From Polyangiaceae bacterium (GTDB taxonomy: Bacteria > Myxococcota_A > Polyangia > Polyangiales > Polyangiaceae), in NCBI GenBank assembly GCA_035063585.1, contig JAPSGB010000007.1, forward strand, positions 64,001 to 128,000: a stretch of DNA of 64,000 nt. The letters run 5' to 3'. The notes beneath the pieces are model-generated. The model saw only the letters and a program-made list of their open reading frames with translations, was not told the origin of the DNA and did not search any database. The translations under genes were made by a program, and so were the position numbers. Below, one piece after another: positions 1-11,185 of the stretch. Position 1 is the first letter of the stretch. The number at the start of each line of letters is the position of its first letter.

Positions 1-6
1 TCGAAG

Positions 7-1377
7 ATGAGCGCATCGAACACGTCGAGCCGGGGACCGAGGGCGCGCGCGACCCGTCGTCTGCTGCGGTGGTCGCTGGCGCTCGCGCTGGTCCTTCCCC
101 CGCTCGCCGCGACGGCCTGCTCGAGCGACGACGGGGGCTGCGCCGGGGTGCTCGTCGACGGCGAGTGCCAGAAGCGGTGCGTGGACAGCGCCTGCTCGAA
201 CGGCGCACGCTGCATCGCCGACGGCGATCTGAACAACGCCTGCGCCGCCCCATGCACGTCGCAGGCCGACTGCGCGCTCGGCAAGAACTGCGTCACCTGG
301 GGCTTTCCCGACGGCAGCCAGGGGCAGGTCTGCGCGCGGCTGCCCTACAGCGCGAAGGGCAATTCGGGACAGCACGTGGCCTGCACGTCGAAGGCGACGT
401 GCGACACGATGCGCGGCTTCCTCTGCGTCGGCGGGCAGTGTGAGCTGCCTTGTCGAAGCTCGAACGACTGCGGTGCGAACGGCGTCTGCGACCCGAGCGC
501 GACCGACGAGACCGGCAAGAAGGTCGGCCGCTGCACGGCGGACGACCAGCCGCGCGGCCCCGGTCAGTTCGGCGCTCGCTGCCCGAAGGGCGACGAGTGC
601 GACAAGGACGCCGGCTTCGCCTGTCTCGGTGCCGGCGAGGGCGATGTGGACGCCTACTGCACGCTCCGGGACTGCTCGGCGGACTCCGACTGCCCCGCGG
701 ACTACCGCTGCGCGCTCGAGCGCACGGCGACGCCGCCCTGCGAGGCGAGCTGCGGGCTCGCGGCCGGTACCGGCGCAGACTGCGCCGCCGCGGCCGACAT
801 CGGCGCGGGTAAGAAGTTCGAGTGCGGGCCGGTCAGCCTGCTCCGTCACATCTGTGAGAAGCGCGAGTTCTGCGACGAGTGCCAGACCGACGCCGACTGC
901 ACCGCGGAGCCCGATCAGATCTGCGCCAAGGATCAGAGCGGTAACAAGTACTGCACGGTGCCTTGCGATCCGAACACCGACTCGTGTCCGTGGGGTACCG
1001 CGGCGCGCTGCGGCCTGTGGGATCAGGAGCGCGGGATCCCCACCTGCGCGCATCGCTTCGGTGCCTGCCACGGAGAAGGCAAGAGCTGCCAGCCGTGCCG
1101 CGACGACGCGGACTGCCCGGGCGGCCTCTGCATCGGCTCCCAGTTCACCCTCGAGAAGTACTGCGTCGACTTCGCGGCGAGCTGCGACTGCACCGGCCTC
1201 GCGATGCAGCAGAACGCCATCTGCACCGGCGGCGGCTGCCCGGACACGCCGGGCGGGCTCGCGATGACCTGCTACGGCGGCCCGGCGGCCTCCACCTCCG
1301 CGCTCTACGGCAAGTGCGTCGGCGCCAACATCGCCTCGCTGCTCAGCACCCCGCAGACCGGCTGCTGGCCGAAGTGA
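7..1377 (+). CDS. Cys-rich secreted lipoprotein (myxobacterial Cys-repeat type)
   Basis: Signal peptide ending ATAC-SS (lipobox-like), followed by many C-x(2-4)-D-C modules (CTSQADC, CRSSNDC, CSADSDC, CQTDADC, CRDDADC). Confidence 0.8.
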   Translation: MSASNTSSRGPRARATRRLLRWSLALALVLPPLAATACSSDDGGCAGVLVDGECQKRCVDSACSNGARCIADGDLNNACAAPCTSQADCALGKNCVTWGFPDGSQGQVCARLPYSAKGNSGQHVACTSKATCDTMRGFLCVGGQCELPCRSSNDCGANGVCDPSATDETGKKVGRCTADDQPRGPGQFGARCPKGDECDKDAGFACLGAGEGDVDAYCTLRDCSADSDCPADYRCALERTATPPCEASCGLAAGTGADCAAAADIGAGKKFECGPVSLLRHICEKREFCDECQTDADCTAEPDQICAKDQSGNKYCTVPCDPNTDSCPWGTAARCGLWDQERGIPTCAHRFGACHGEGKSCQPCRDDADCPGGLCIGSQFTLEKYCVDFAASCDCTGLAMQQNAICTGGGCPDTPGGLAMTCYGGPAASTSALYGKCVGANIASLLSTPQTGCWPK

Positions 1378-1420
1378 GCGCGAGCCCCCTCCCCGCGAGG
1401 CGGCGGTAGGGGATTGGGGC

Positions 1421-1437
1421 CGGTCCGGCGCGGAACC
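1421..1437. repeat. Copy of a dispersed REP-like intergenic repeat (CGGTCCGGCGCGGAACC)
   Basis: Identical 17-mer to 6955-6971. Confidence 0.55.
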
Positions 1438-1449
1438 CTGCGAGCCACG

Positions 1450-1484
1450 AAAAAGCCCCCCGGCGCGGGCGCGCCGGAGGGCTC
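1450..1484 (-). terminator. Intrinsic terminator for the 1509..2729 gene (possibly bidirectional)
   Basis: Minus strand reads AGCCCTCCGGCGC-gccc-GCGCCGGGGGGCT-TTTT: a GC stem followed by a U tract, just past the stop codon and between convergent genes. Confidence 0.75.
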
Positions 1485-1508
1485 TCTCGTCTGCGGCTCG
1501 GGAGCGCG

Positions 1509-2729
1509 TCAGCCCGCGCTGCCGTTCACGCTGGCGCTGGCGCTGACCGACACGTTCATCGACGCCGACGCCTCGCCCATGATGTTGAGCGAGCCCGTCA
1601 TGCACACCGCGCCGGCTGCGCTGATCTCGGCAGCGGCCTTGATCGAGGCGCCGACCTGGCCCGCGAGGCTCGCGATCGGATCCTTGAGCGCGATGGTCGC
1701 GTTGAGGGCCGCGGCGATCGCAGGGCCGTTCGCGGTGAGCGCCGCGTAGAGCTCGGCGTCACCCTCGACGTTGATCTGCGCGTCACCGCCGCAGGTGACG
1801 CTCGCCGAGGCCTGGCCGTCGCAGGAGGCCTGGCAGTTCGCGTCGACGTCGCAGTCCAGCTTACCCTCGCAGTGCGGCTCCTTGTAGGTCACCGAGCAGC
1901 CGCCCTTGCAGGAGCCCTCGCACTTGGCCGGCGACACCGAGCAGGAGCCGCTGCACGAGCCCTTGCACGCGGCCTCGCACTTGCCACCGCTGAAGTTGCC
2001 CGAGCACTGAGCCTCGCAGCTCCCCTTCGCGGTGCCCTGGCACGTGCCCTCGCACTGGCCCTTGCACTCGCCGCTCGAGTCCTGGCCATCGCACTTTCCT
2101 TCGCAGGTTCCTTCGCAGGTTCCGCTGAAGTTCGCCGAGCAGCCCGCGTCGCAGGTGCCGCTCCAGGACGGCGCCTCGCAGGTGCCCTCGCACGTCCCGC
2201 TGCACTCGGCCTCGCAGGCTACCGACGGACCCTCGCAGGAGCCGGTACACTCGGCCTCGCACGAGCCGGACAGCTCGCCGGGATCGCACGACGCGGCGAT
2301 GTCGCAGCCGACCGAGGCGGCGCACTGACCCTGGCACTTGGCCTCGACGCTCACGTCGGCCTGGCACGAGTAGGTCGCGGAGACGCTCACCGTCACGCCG
2401 CTGTCGAGCGCCGCCTTGATGCGGGCGTTCAGCACCCCGCAGGCGCCCGCCGCGTCGGTCTTGCTGGTGTCCTCGCCGAGGTCGGCGTTGATGGCGTTGC
2501 ACACCGTGGCCCACTGGGCCTCGACCTTGAGGGCGGCGTCCTTCAGGGCGACCGCGGCGTCCGCGAACGCCTTGACCGTCATGTCGGCCTTCGCCGAGAC
2601 GTCGAGCCCGTCACAGCCCTTGGCGGCGTTGGCCAGGTCCTTGGCGCTGCACCCGCCGCCCACGAGCGGCAGGGCCAGGGAAGCGGCGAGCACGGGGCCG
2701 GCCAGCAAGCGAAATCCGTTCGTCTTCAT
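1509..2729 (-). CDS. Cys-rich lipoprotein with tandem C-x-G-x (CEGT/CKGS) repeats
   Basis: ATG at 2729 preceded by AAGGAG; signal peptide LVGGGC; central run CEAECSGTCEGTC...CEGTCEGKCDG; Ala-rich helical N- and C-terminal parts. Confidence 0.85.
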   Translation of the reverse strand: MKTNGFRLLAGPVLAASLALPLVGGGCSAKDLANAAKGCDGLDVSAKADMTVKAFADAAVALKDAALKVEAQWATVCNAINADLGEDTSKTDAAGACGVLNARIKAALDSGVTVSVSATYSCQADVSVEAKCQGQCAASVGCDIAASCDPGELSGSCEAECTGSCEGPSVACEAECSGTCEGTCEAPSWSGTCDAGCSANFSGTCEGTCEGKCDGQDSSGECKGQCEGTCQGTAKGSCEAQCSGNFSGGKCEAACKGSCSGSCSVSPAKCEGSCKGGCSVTYKEPHCEGKLDCDVDANCQASCDGQASASVTCGGDAQINVEGDAELYAALTANGPAIAAALNATIALKDPIASLAGQVGASIKAAAEISAAGAVCMTGSLNIMGEASASMNVSVSASASVNGSAG

Positions 2730-2947
2730 GTCAAAGCTCTCCTTGTTCGTTCCAGCTAGCGGGCAGGCTCTCGTCATGCCGCCAACCGCGTTGGACGGAC
2801 TACACCCGCGACCGATGCAAGGATAGAGCGGGTTCGGGCGCGGTCAAAGACTTTGCGCCAGCGAGCGGCGGGGGGAAGGATCGCCGACTTGATCAATTAT
2901 CAGCATTTTTCGGGCAGTACCGGGCCTCCGACGCTCGGGTACGGCGG

Positions 2948-2976
2948 TTGACAGCCGAGGAGTCAGGGCCTACGGG
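2948..2976 (+). promoter_or_regulatory. Possible sigma70-type promoter for mrp
   Basis: TTGACA (2948-2953), 17 bp spacer, weak -10 TACGGG, 8 nt before the ATG at 2985. Confidence 0.4.
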
Positions 2977-2984
2977 GAGCGGCG

Positions 2985-3887
2985 ATGAGCACCGAGAACA
3001 CGAGCGTGAGCCAGGCGCCGGCGATCAGCGGGCGGAACGTGCGCGCGGACGACCCGGTCCCGGGCGCGCAGAACGTAGTGGTCGTGATGAGCGGCAAGGG
3101 CGGGGTCGGCAAGAGCACGGTGACCACCAACCTGGCGCTCGCGCTCGCCAAGCGGGGCCTGCGGGTGGGGCTCCTCGACGCGGACATCTACGGGCCGAGC
3201 ATCCCCACCATGATGGGGATCACGGGCCAGCCGATGAGCAACGGCAAGCAGATCGCGCCGCTCCAGCGCTTCGGGCTCAAGCTGATGAGCATCGGGTTCC
3301 TGCTCGAGGACTCGAAGACCGCGGTCGTGTGGCGCGGACCGATGCTCCACGGCGCGCTCATGCAGTTCTTGAAGGACGTGGACTGGGGCGAGCTCGACTT
3401 CCTCTTGCTCGATCTGCCGCCAGGCACCGGCGACATCGCGCTCACCCTGTCGCAGAAGCTCGCCACGACCGGCGCCGTGATCGTCACCACGCCGCAGGAG
3501 GTCGCGCTTCAGGATGTCTACAAGTCGGTGTCCATGGCGCAGAAGGTCGGCATCCCGATCCTCGGCGTGGTCGAGAACGAGAGCTATTTCGTGTGCGACG
3601 GCTGCGAGAAGCGCCACGAGCTCTTCGGCACCGGCGGCGGGCAGAAGATCGCGGAGTTTGCCGGAGCGCCTCTGCTCGGCCAGCTCCCCCTCGATCCGGC
3701 CGTGCGCGAGTGGGGCGACTCCGGGACGCCGGTGGTGCAGGCTGCGCCCGGCTCGGTCGTGGCGAAGGCCTTCATGGAGATCGCTGATCGGGTGATTACG
3801 GAGGCCGACCGCGCCAACTCGGCCGCCGGAGGGCTCCAGATCGATCGCAGCGGCGGCGTGAATCGGCATCTTCCGATCTCGCGCTGA
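2985..3887 (+). CDS. mrp: Mrp/NBP35 (ApbC) family Fe-S cluster carrier ATPase
   Basis: Deviant Walker A SGKGGVGKST, DADIYGPS, WRGPM, DLPPGTGD, VTTPQ and ENESYFVCDGC motifs. Confidence 0.95.
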   Translation: MSTENTSVSQAPAISGRNVRADDPVPGAQNVVVVMSGKGGVGKSTVTTNLALALAKRGLRVGLLDADIYGPSIPTMMGITGQPMSNGKQIAPLQRFGLKLMSIGFLLEDSKTAVVWRGPMLHGALMQFLKDVDWGELDFLLLDLPPGTGDIALTLSQKLATTGAVIVTTPQEVALQDVYKSVSMAQKVGIPILGVVENESYFVCDGCEKRHELFGTGGGQKIAEFAGAPLLGQLPLDPAVREWGDSGTPVVQAAPGSVVAKAFMEIADRVITEADRANSAAGGLQIDRSGGVNRHLPISR

Positions 3888-3963
3888 CCCCGCGCGGCTC
3901 TGGTTGGCAGCGGCGAACAGTCGAGATATACGCATCCCCGACTCGCACCGCTCCGCACGTCAC

Positions 3964-5664
3964 ATGAGCTCCGATCCCACCACCACCCCGGAACCCTCCT
4001 CGACGCCCGCCGAGGGCACGCCCGCCGAGGGCACGCCCGCCGACGACGCGTCGTCGGCGCCGCCCGCGCTCGCCAGCGAGACGCCGCCGAGCGGCGATGA
4101 CGCCGACGGCGCACCAGGAGCCTCCCTGGAAGGCGCCGCCGATGACGGACCGGCCGAGGGCGGGGCCGCGCCCGAGGACCGGCCAAAGAAGAAGCGCCGC
4201 CGAAAGAAGAAGCCGGGCGCTCGCGCCGAGGGCGGAGAGGGCTCATCACGCGGGCCGCGCCCCGCGACCGACCGGGTCCCCTTCCACGTCGGCGAGGAGG
4301 TGTTCGGCAAGGTCACGGCGGTGCTCGACGACGCGATCATGATCGACCTCTCCGGCAAGGCGCTGGCGGTGTTCGATCGCTCGGAGATGGCGGCGGACGA
4401 CCTCGTCCCGACCGCCGGCGACCGCTTCGTGGCCGCGGTGCACAACGACGGCGGGCGCGGCGGGCTGGTGGTGCTCACCCGCAAGCCCCTCCGCGAGGAA
4501 GAGGCGAAGCCGCTCGTCGAGCAAGCGTTCAAGGACGGGACGCTGGTGTCGGGGCTCGTCACGGGCGTGATCAAGGGCGGCGTCGAGGTCGACATCGGCG
4601 GCCTGCGCGCGTTCGCGCCGGCGTCAGGCATGGATCTGCATCCGGCCAACGCGAACTTCACCGCGCTGCTCGGCACGCGACTGGAGTTCAAGGTCGTGGA
4701 GTTCAAGCCGAACGGCCGCGACGTGGTGGTGACACGCCGGCCGATGCTCGAGGCGGAGGCTCACGAGCGCCGCGTGCGGGCGCTCGCGCTGCTCACCGAG
4801 GGGCAGAAGATGACCGGCGTGGTCCGGACCGTGGTCGAGTGGGGCCTCTTCGTCGCCCTGCCCGAGGCCGAGAACCTCGAGGGTCTGGTCCACGTCACCG
4901 AGGCCAGCCACGATCCGCGCGCCAACCTCGCCGAGCTCTTCAAGCCCGGAGAGAGCGTCGAGGTCCAGATCGTCCGCATCGACGAGAAGGGCAAGATCTG
5001 GCTGAGCCGAAAGGCGCTCGTCGAGGATCCGTGGGCGCAGGCCAAGCAAAGATACGCGCCCGGCTCCGAACACCAGGGCAAGGTCACCCGAGTGGAGCGG
5101 TTCGGCGTGTTCGTCGAGCTCGAGCCGGGGATGGAAGGGCTCATCCACGTCTCGGACCTCGGCCTGGACCGCGCAGCCGAGCCGAGCAGCGTCGCCACCG
5201 TCGGCCAGGAGCGGGCGGTCGTGGTGCAACACTTCGACGCCAAGACGAAGAAGCTCGCGCTTCACCCTGCGCTCCCGCCCGAGCGCGCCGACGAGCCGCG
5301 GCAGAAGGTCGTGCGGGGCGCGACCGTCACGGTCGAGGTCGTGAAGGCGGAGGGCAGCGCTGGTCTCGTGGTCCGGCTGCTCGGGGTCACCGGCAAGGCC
5401 GGGCGCGGCTTCATCCCGTCCGGTCAGACGGGCACCCAGCGCGGCACCGATCTCCGCAAGCACTTCAAGCAGGGCACCCGCCTCGAAGCCAAGATCATCG
5501 AGGTCGATCCGCGGCGGGGTGAGCCGAAGCTCAGCCTGCGCGCGCTCGCCGAGGACGAGGAGCGGACCGCGCACCGCGAGTACCGCAAGGCGCTCGCTCG
5601 CGAGGGCGGCTTCGGCACCCTCGGCGATCTGCTCGCCAAGAAGCTCGGCGGCGGCAGCAAGTAG
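3964..5664 (+). CDS. Multi-S1-domain RNA-binding protein (ribosomal protein bS1-like paralog)
   Basis: Repeated S1 motifs (VIKGGVEVDIGGLRAFAP, VVEWGLFVAL..EGLVHVTE, RFGVFVELEPGMEGLIHVSD); C-terminal FGTLGDLL; acidic and polybasic N-terminal extension. Start at ATG 3964 chosen by eye. Confidence 0.85.
   Translation: MSSDPTTTPEPSSTPAEGTPAEGTPADDASSAPPALASETPPSGDDADGAPGASLEGAADDGPAEGGAAPEDRPKKKRRRKKKPGARAEGGEGSSRGPRPATDRVPFHVGEEVFGKVTAVLDDAIMIDLSGKALAVFDRSEMAADDLVPTAGDRFVAAVHNDGGRGGLVVLTRKPLREEEAKPLVEQAFKDGTLVSGLVTGVIKGGVEVDIGGLRAFAPASGMDLHPANANFTALLGTRLEFKVVEFKPNGRDVVVTRRPMLEAEAHERRVRALALLTEGQKMTGVVRTVVEWGLFVALPEAENLEGLVHVTEASHDPRANLAELFKPGESVEVQIVRIDEKGKIWLSRKALVEDPWAQAKQRYAPGSEHQGKVTRVERFGVFVELEPGMEGLIHVSDLGLDRAAEPSSVATVGQERAVVVQHFDAKTKKLALHPALPPERADEPRQKVVRGATVTVEVVKAEGSAGLVVRLLGVTGKAGRGFIPSGQTGTQRGTDLRKHFKQGTRLEAKIIEVDPRRGEPKLSLRALAEDEERTAHREYRKALAREGGFGTLGDLLAKKLGGGSK
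4003..4043 (+). repeat. 15-bp in-frame tandem repeat (TPAEG x~2.7)
   Basis: acgcccgccgagggc acgcccgccgagggc acgcccgccga. Confidence 0.8.
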
Positions 5665-5677
5665 CGGCGCCGGCGAG

Positions 5678-6913
5678 CTACTCTCGTCCGAGCGCCTGGA
5701 TCGGATCGAGCCGGGCCGCGCGCCGCGCCGGCAGGAACCCGAAGCCGACGCCGACCGCGGTGCTGGTGGCGAGCGCGACGGCGAGGGCGCGCAGCGAGAG
5801 CCCCATCTCCCAGTCGAGCGCGTGCGCGACGCCGGCGACCGCGAGCGCGGCCACCAGCGCGCCGGCGGCTCCCCCGGCGACGCACAGCACCACCGCTTCC
5901 ACCAGGAATTGGAGCATGATGTCCCCCTCGCGCGCGCCGATCGCCATGCGAATCCCGATCTCGCGGGTGCGCTCCGTGACGCTCACCAGCATGATGTTCA
6001 TCACGCCGATCCCGCCCACCAGGAGGCTGATCGCCGCGACGCCGAAGAGCAGCGCCTGGAGCACGCCGAGGATCGTCTCCTGCATCACCCGGAAGTCTTC
6101 CTGGCTGTGCAGCTGAAAATCGTTCTCCGCGCCCTCGGCCAGGTGATGACGCTGCCGTAGGATGGCGGTCACCTCGCGTTTCATCCGCGCGCTCCCGGCG
6201 CGACTCTTGCCGCCGATGAGGAGCCGCCCCGCCTGCCCGGGGCGCCCTTGCACCAGCTTCGCGCGCAGCGTGGCGAGCGGCATCACGACCACGTTGTCCT
6301 GATCCTGCCCGAACGCGCTCTGCCCCTTCGGCTCGAGCACGCCAATCACGGTGAACGGATACCGCCCGATCCGCACCGAGCGGCCCACCGGATCCTCGCC
6401 GTGAAAGAGCTCGCTCGCGACCGTGCTGCCGATCACGATGAGCTTGTCTCCGAGCACCTCCGCGGAGTGGCCCCACAGCTGCCCGGCGGCCGGCTTCCAC
6501 GCGCGCACCTCGAAGAACCCGAGGGTGCTGCCGATGACCTGCGCGGTCGTGTTCTCGTCCTGCCACATGAGCTGCGAGAAGGTGGTGATGAGCGGCACCG
6601 AGACGCTCACCTCGGACGCCTCGCGGGCGATGGCCTCCGCGTCGTCATCGGTGAGCGCGGGCAGCGCGCTCGCGTCGCGTACGCCGCTCCGCGCCGTCTC
6701 GAGCGGGGTTACCACGAGGGCGTTGTTGCCGATGCTATCGATGCGGCCCGAGACGGCGCGGCTCGCGCCGTCGCCGAGCGCGACGACCAGGGTGACCGCC
6801 GCCACGCCGATGAGGATGCCGAACGCGGTGAGCGCGCCGCGCAGGAGATTCCGCCGGAGCGCACCGAACGCGACCAGGAGCGCGGTCGAGAGGAATCGTA
6901 GGGTCCGGCTCAC
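5678..6913 (-). CDS. MacB/FtsX-family ABC transporter permease
   Basis: LTAFGILIGVAAV N-terminus; ISLLVGGIGVMNIMLVSVTERTREIGIRMAIGA; PARRAARLDPI. Confidence 0.93.
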   Translation of the reverse strand: MSRTLRFLSTALLVAFGALRRNLLRGALTAFGILIGVAAVTLVVALGDGASRAVSGRIDSIGNNALVVTPLETARSGVRDASALPALTDDDAEAIAREASEVSVSVPLITTFSQLMWQDENTTAQVIGSTLGFFEVRAWKPAAGQLWGHSAEVLGDKLIVIGSTVASELFHGEDPVGRSVRIGRYPFTVIGVLEPKGQSAFGQDQDNVVVMPLATLRAKLVQGRPGQAGRLLIGGKSRAGSARMKREVTAILRQRHHLAEGAENDFQLHSQEDFRVMQETILGVLQALLFGVAAISLLVGGIGVMNIMLVSVTERTREIGIRMAIGAREGDIMLQFLVEAVVLCVAGGAAGALVAALAVAGVAHALDWEMGLSLRALAVALATSTAVGVGFGFLPARRAARLDPIQALGRE

Positions 6914-6954
6914 GCGCGGCCTCGCCGAACTGCGCGAGCGAGGCCGGTCGATGC

Positions 6955-7006
6955 CGGTCCGGCGCGGAACCGCGCGGTCCGGCGAGCGCGGTTCCGCGCC
7001 GGACCG
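6955..7006. repeat. Perfect 21-bp inverted repeat (REP-like pair/hairpin) between the two permease genes
   Basis: CGGTCCGGCGCGGAACCGCGC, 10 nt loop, GCGCGGTTCCGCGCCGGACCG. Confidence 0.85.
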
Positions 7007-7033
7007 ACATCCCTCGCATCACGAGCCCCCGCG

Positions 7034-8991
<1,958 letters not shown>

Positions 8992-8999
8992 GAGTGGCC

Positions 9000-10304
9000 T
9001 CAGAAGAGGTGGAAGCCCTTCTTCTCGTCGCCCCGCTGGTCGACGATGACCTCGGCGCCGAGCGTGAGGGCGCCGTCCGTGAGCGCCGTCCACACGCCGT
9101 CAGTGATGCCGACCCCGAGGAGCTTCTCGATCGCGGCGGCCTCGGCGGGCGGCCCGCCACCGACCAGGTAGACGCGCCCCTCGCCCGCGCGGAGCGGCTT
9201 CACGGGAGGAGCAGCCTGCTTCTTGGCCTCATCCTCCTTCTCGTCCTCGTCGGGGTCGAGCGGGCGAAAGCGGAGCGCAGCGTTGCGCACCGCGAGCACC
9301 TGACGCGCCTCGCGCGTGCGGATGCTCACGGTCGCCGTCATCCCCGGGCGAAGCTTCAGCTCCGGGTTGTCGACGTCGATCACCGCCGAGTAGGTGACGA
9401 CCCCCGCCACCGTGTTCGGGCTGTAGCGCACCTGGGTCACGGTGCCCGCGAACTTCTCGCCGGGGAAGGCGTCGACGACCACCTCGGCGCGCATCCCCTC
9501 CTTCAGCTTGCCGACGTCCGCCTCGTCGATGTCGGCGAGCACCTGCATCTTCGAGAGATCCTGCGCGATGACGAAGAGCACCGGCGCGGCAAAACTCGCG
9601 GCCACCGTCTGGCCGGGGTCGATGCTGCGCGTGATCACCACGCCGTCGATCGGCGAGTAGATCCGCGTATACGCGAGGGTGGTGCGGGCGCTCCGGAGCT
9701 GCGCGCCGAGCTGGCCGGTCTGCGCCTCGGAGGCGGTGAGATCCGCCTCGGCGACGTCATACTCGCCCTGCGCCTGATCGACCTCTGCTTGCGAGACGAG
9801 ATGCTCGGCGAGCAGGCTCTTCCGCCGCGCGAGCTCGATGCGCGTCGTCTCGAGCCGCGCCTTGGCGCGCTGCACGGCCGCGCGCGCCGCCTTGAGCTGT
9901 GCGTCGGATTGGCTCACCTGAGCCCCGAACAGGCTCGGGTCGATGACGGCGAGCAGATCGCCCTTCTTGACCGCGCTGTTGAAGTCGACCTTCACCTCGA
10001 CGATGCGGCCGGAGACCTGGGCGCCCACCTGGACCTCGGTGAGCGGCTTGACCGAGCCGGTCGACTGGACCTGCTCGACGACGTCGCGGCGCTCGACCGC
10101 GGCAGTCGTGAAGCGCGGCGGCGGAGGTGGCGCGGTCTTCTTGCGCCAGAACACCAAGCCGGTGACCGCGGCGCCGAGGAACGCGAGCACGGCGAGCCGC
10201 CGGAGCCAGCGCCGCCCGCCGAGCGCGCCGAGCTCGCGCTCGAGCTCGCGGACGGCGTCACCGACGAGCCGCGGCGGGTCGGCGTGTTCAGGCTCAGGGG
10301 ACAT
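9000..10304 (-). CDS. MacA/HlyD-family periplasmic adaptor subunit
   Basis: N-terminal TM anchor; VQVGAQVSGRI, IYSPIDGVV, GQTVAASF.AP.LF.IA.DL, LRPGMTA. Start approximate. Confidence 0.92.
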   Translation of the reverse strand: MSPEPEHADPPRLVGDAVRELERELGALGGRRWLRRLAVLAFLGAAVTGLVFWRKKTAPPPPPRFTTAAVERRDVVEQVQSTGSVKPLTEVQVGAQVSGRIVEVKVDFNSAVKKGDLLAVIDPSLFGAQVSQSDAQLKAARAAVQRAKARLETTRIELARRKSLLAEHLVSQAEVDQAQGEYDVAEADLTASEAQTGQLGAQLRSARTTLAYTRIYSPIDGVVITRSIDPGQTVAASFAAPVLFVIAQDLSKMQVLADIDEADVGKLKEGMRAEVVVDAFPGEKFAGTVTQVRYSPNTVAGVVTYSAVIDVDNPELKLRPGMTATVSIRTREARQVLAVRNAALRFRPLDPDEDEKEDEAKKQAAPPVKPLRAGEGRVYLVGGGPPAEAAAIEKLLGVGITDGVWTALTDGALTLGAEVIVDQRGDEKKGFHLF

Positions 10305-10588
10305 CGACGCTCGCGCCGCCTGTCGGGGGCGGGCCCCGTGGGCGTAGCAGAGATCTCGGGCAGCGGTCAGGCCCGCTCGCGAGAGCGCCGAACGAGGGGG
10401 CGGTCCGGCCGAGGTCACGCCGTGAAGATCCCGCAGATCCACTGGCAATTCCCGTAGTAGCTACCCGCCGCCCCAAGGCCGAGCGGCGCTCGATTGTCGA
10501 AGGGGCGGCCGATGCACTATCTTGGAGGACCGCGGGCGACCTGGCCCGACGCGGGACGGCCGGTCGCTGTCCGTGTACCCGGACGGGA

Positions 10589-11185
10589 ATGCCCAAGAAG
10601 AGCGATCGTGAGCTGGTCGATGCGGCGCGGACGGGCGACGCGGAGGCCTTCGGCGTCTTCGTACGGCGCCACTATGAGCGGGTTTATCGGCTCGCGCTCC
10701 ACATGCTGCGCGACCCCGCGGAAGCGGAAGACGTGACCCAGAACACCTTCGTCCGCGCCTACGGGGCGCTCGATCGGTTCGACGGCCGGAGCGAGCCGTT
10801 CACGTGGACGTACCGTATTGCGGTAAACCTCTCCCTCAACGCGATCCGCGCGCGCAAGACCACCCGCCGCGGAGCCGCCGCGGACGACCCGCACATCGAG
10901 GGCCTGCTCGCAGAGCAGCGCGGGGCTGGCGCGAACCCGAGCACGCTCAGCGCGGATCGCGAGCTCGCGCTGGCGCTGTCGGACGGCATCGATCAGCTGA
11001 GCGAGACGCTCCGCTCGACGCTGCTCTTGGTGACGATCGATGGGCTCAGCCACGCCGAAGCCGCGGAGACCCTCGGGTGCCCGGAGGGAACGGTGGCCTG
11101 GCGCGTGCACGAGGCGCGGAGGAAGCTGCGCGCATACCTCGCGACGCGCGGATACGGCGACGACGTCACGGAGAAGCGGTCATGA
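10589..11185 (+). CDS. ECF (sigma-70 group 4) RNA polymerase sigma factor
   Basis: Region 2 DAEAF...AEDVTQNTFVRAY...FTWTYRIAVN; region 4 GLSHAEAAETLGCPEGTVAWRVHEARRKL. Confidence 0.93.
   Translation: MPKKSDRELVDAARTGDAEAFGVFVRRHYERVYRLALHMLRDPAEAEDVTQNTFVRAYGALDRFDGRSEPFTWTYRIAVNLSLNAIRARKTTRRGAAADDPHIEGLLAEQRGAGANPSTLSADRELALALSDGIDQLSETLRSTLLLVTIDGLSHAEAAETLGCPEGTVAWRVHEARRKLRAYLATRGYGDDVTEKRS

Noticed and set aside
1860..2340. CRISPR-like periodic repeats
   Set aside because: These are 12-nt coding repeats of the Cys ladder, with no spacers and no cas genes.
10804..11181. Long N-terminal extensions in the ORF track (also 23625, 27261, 52142, 52816, 56181, 39158)
   Set aside because: They run through upstream genes. 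Downstream starts with 4-7 nt overlaps or promoter support fit better, so these are not fusions or frameshifts.
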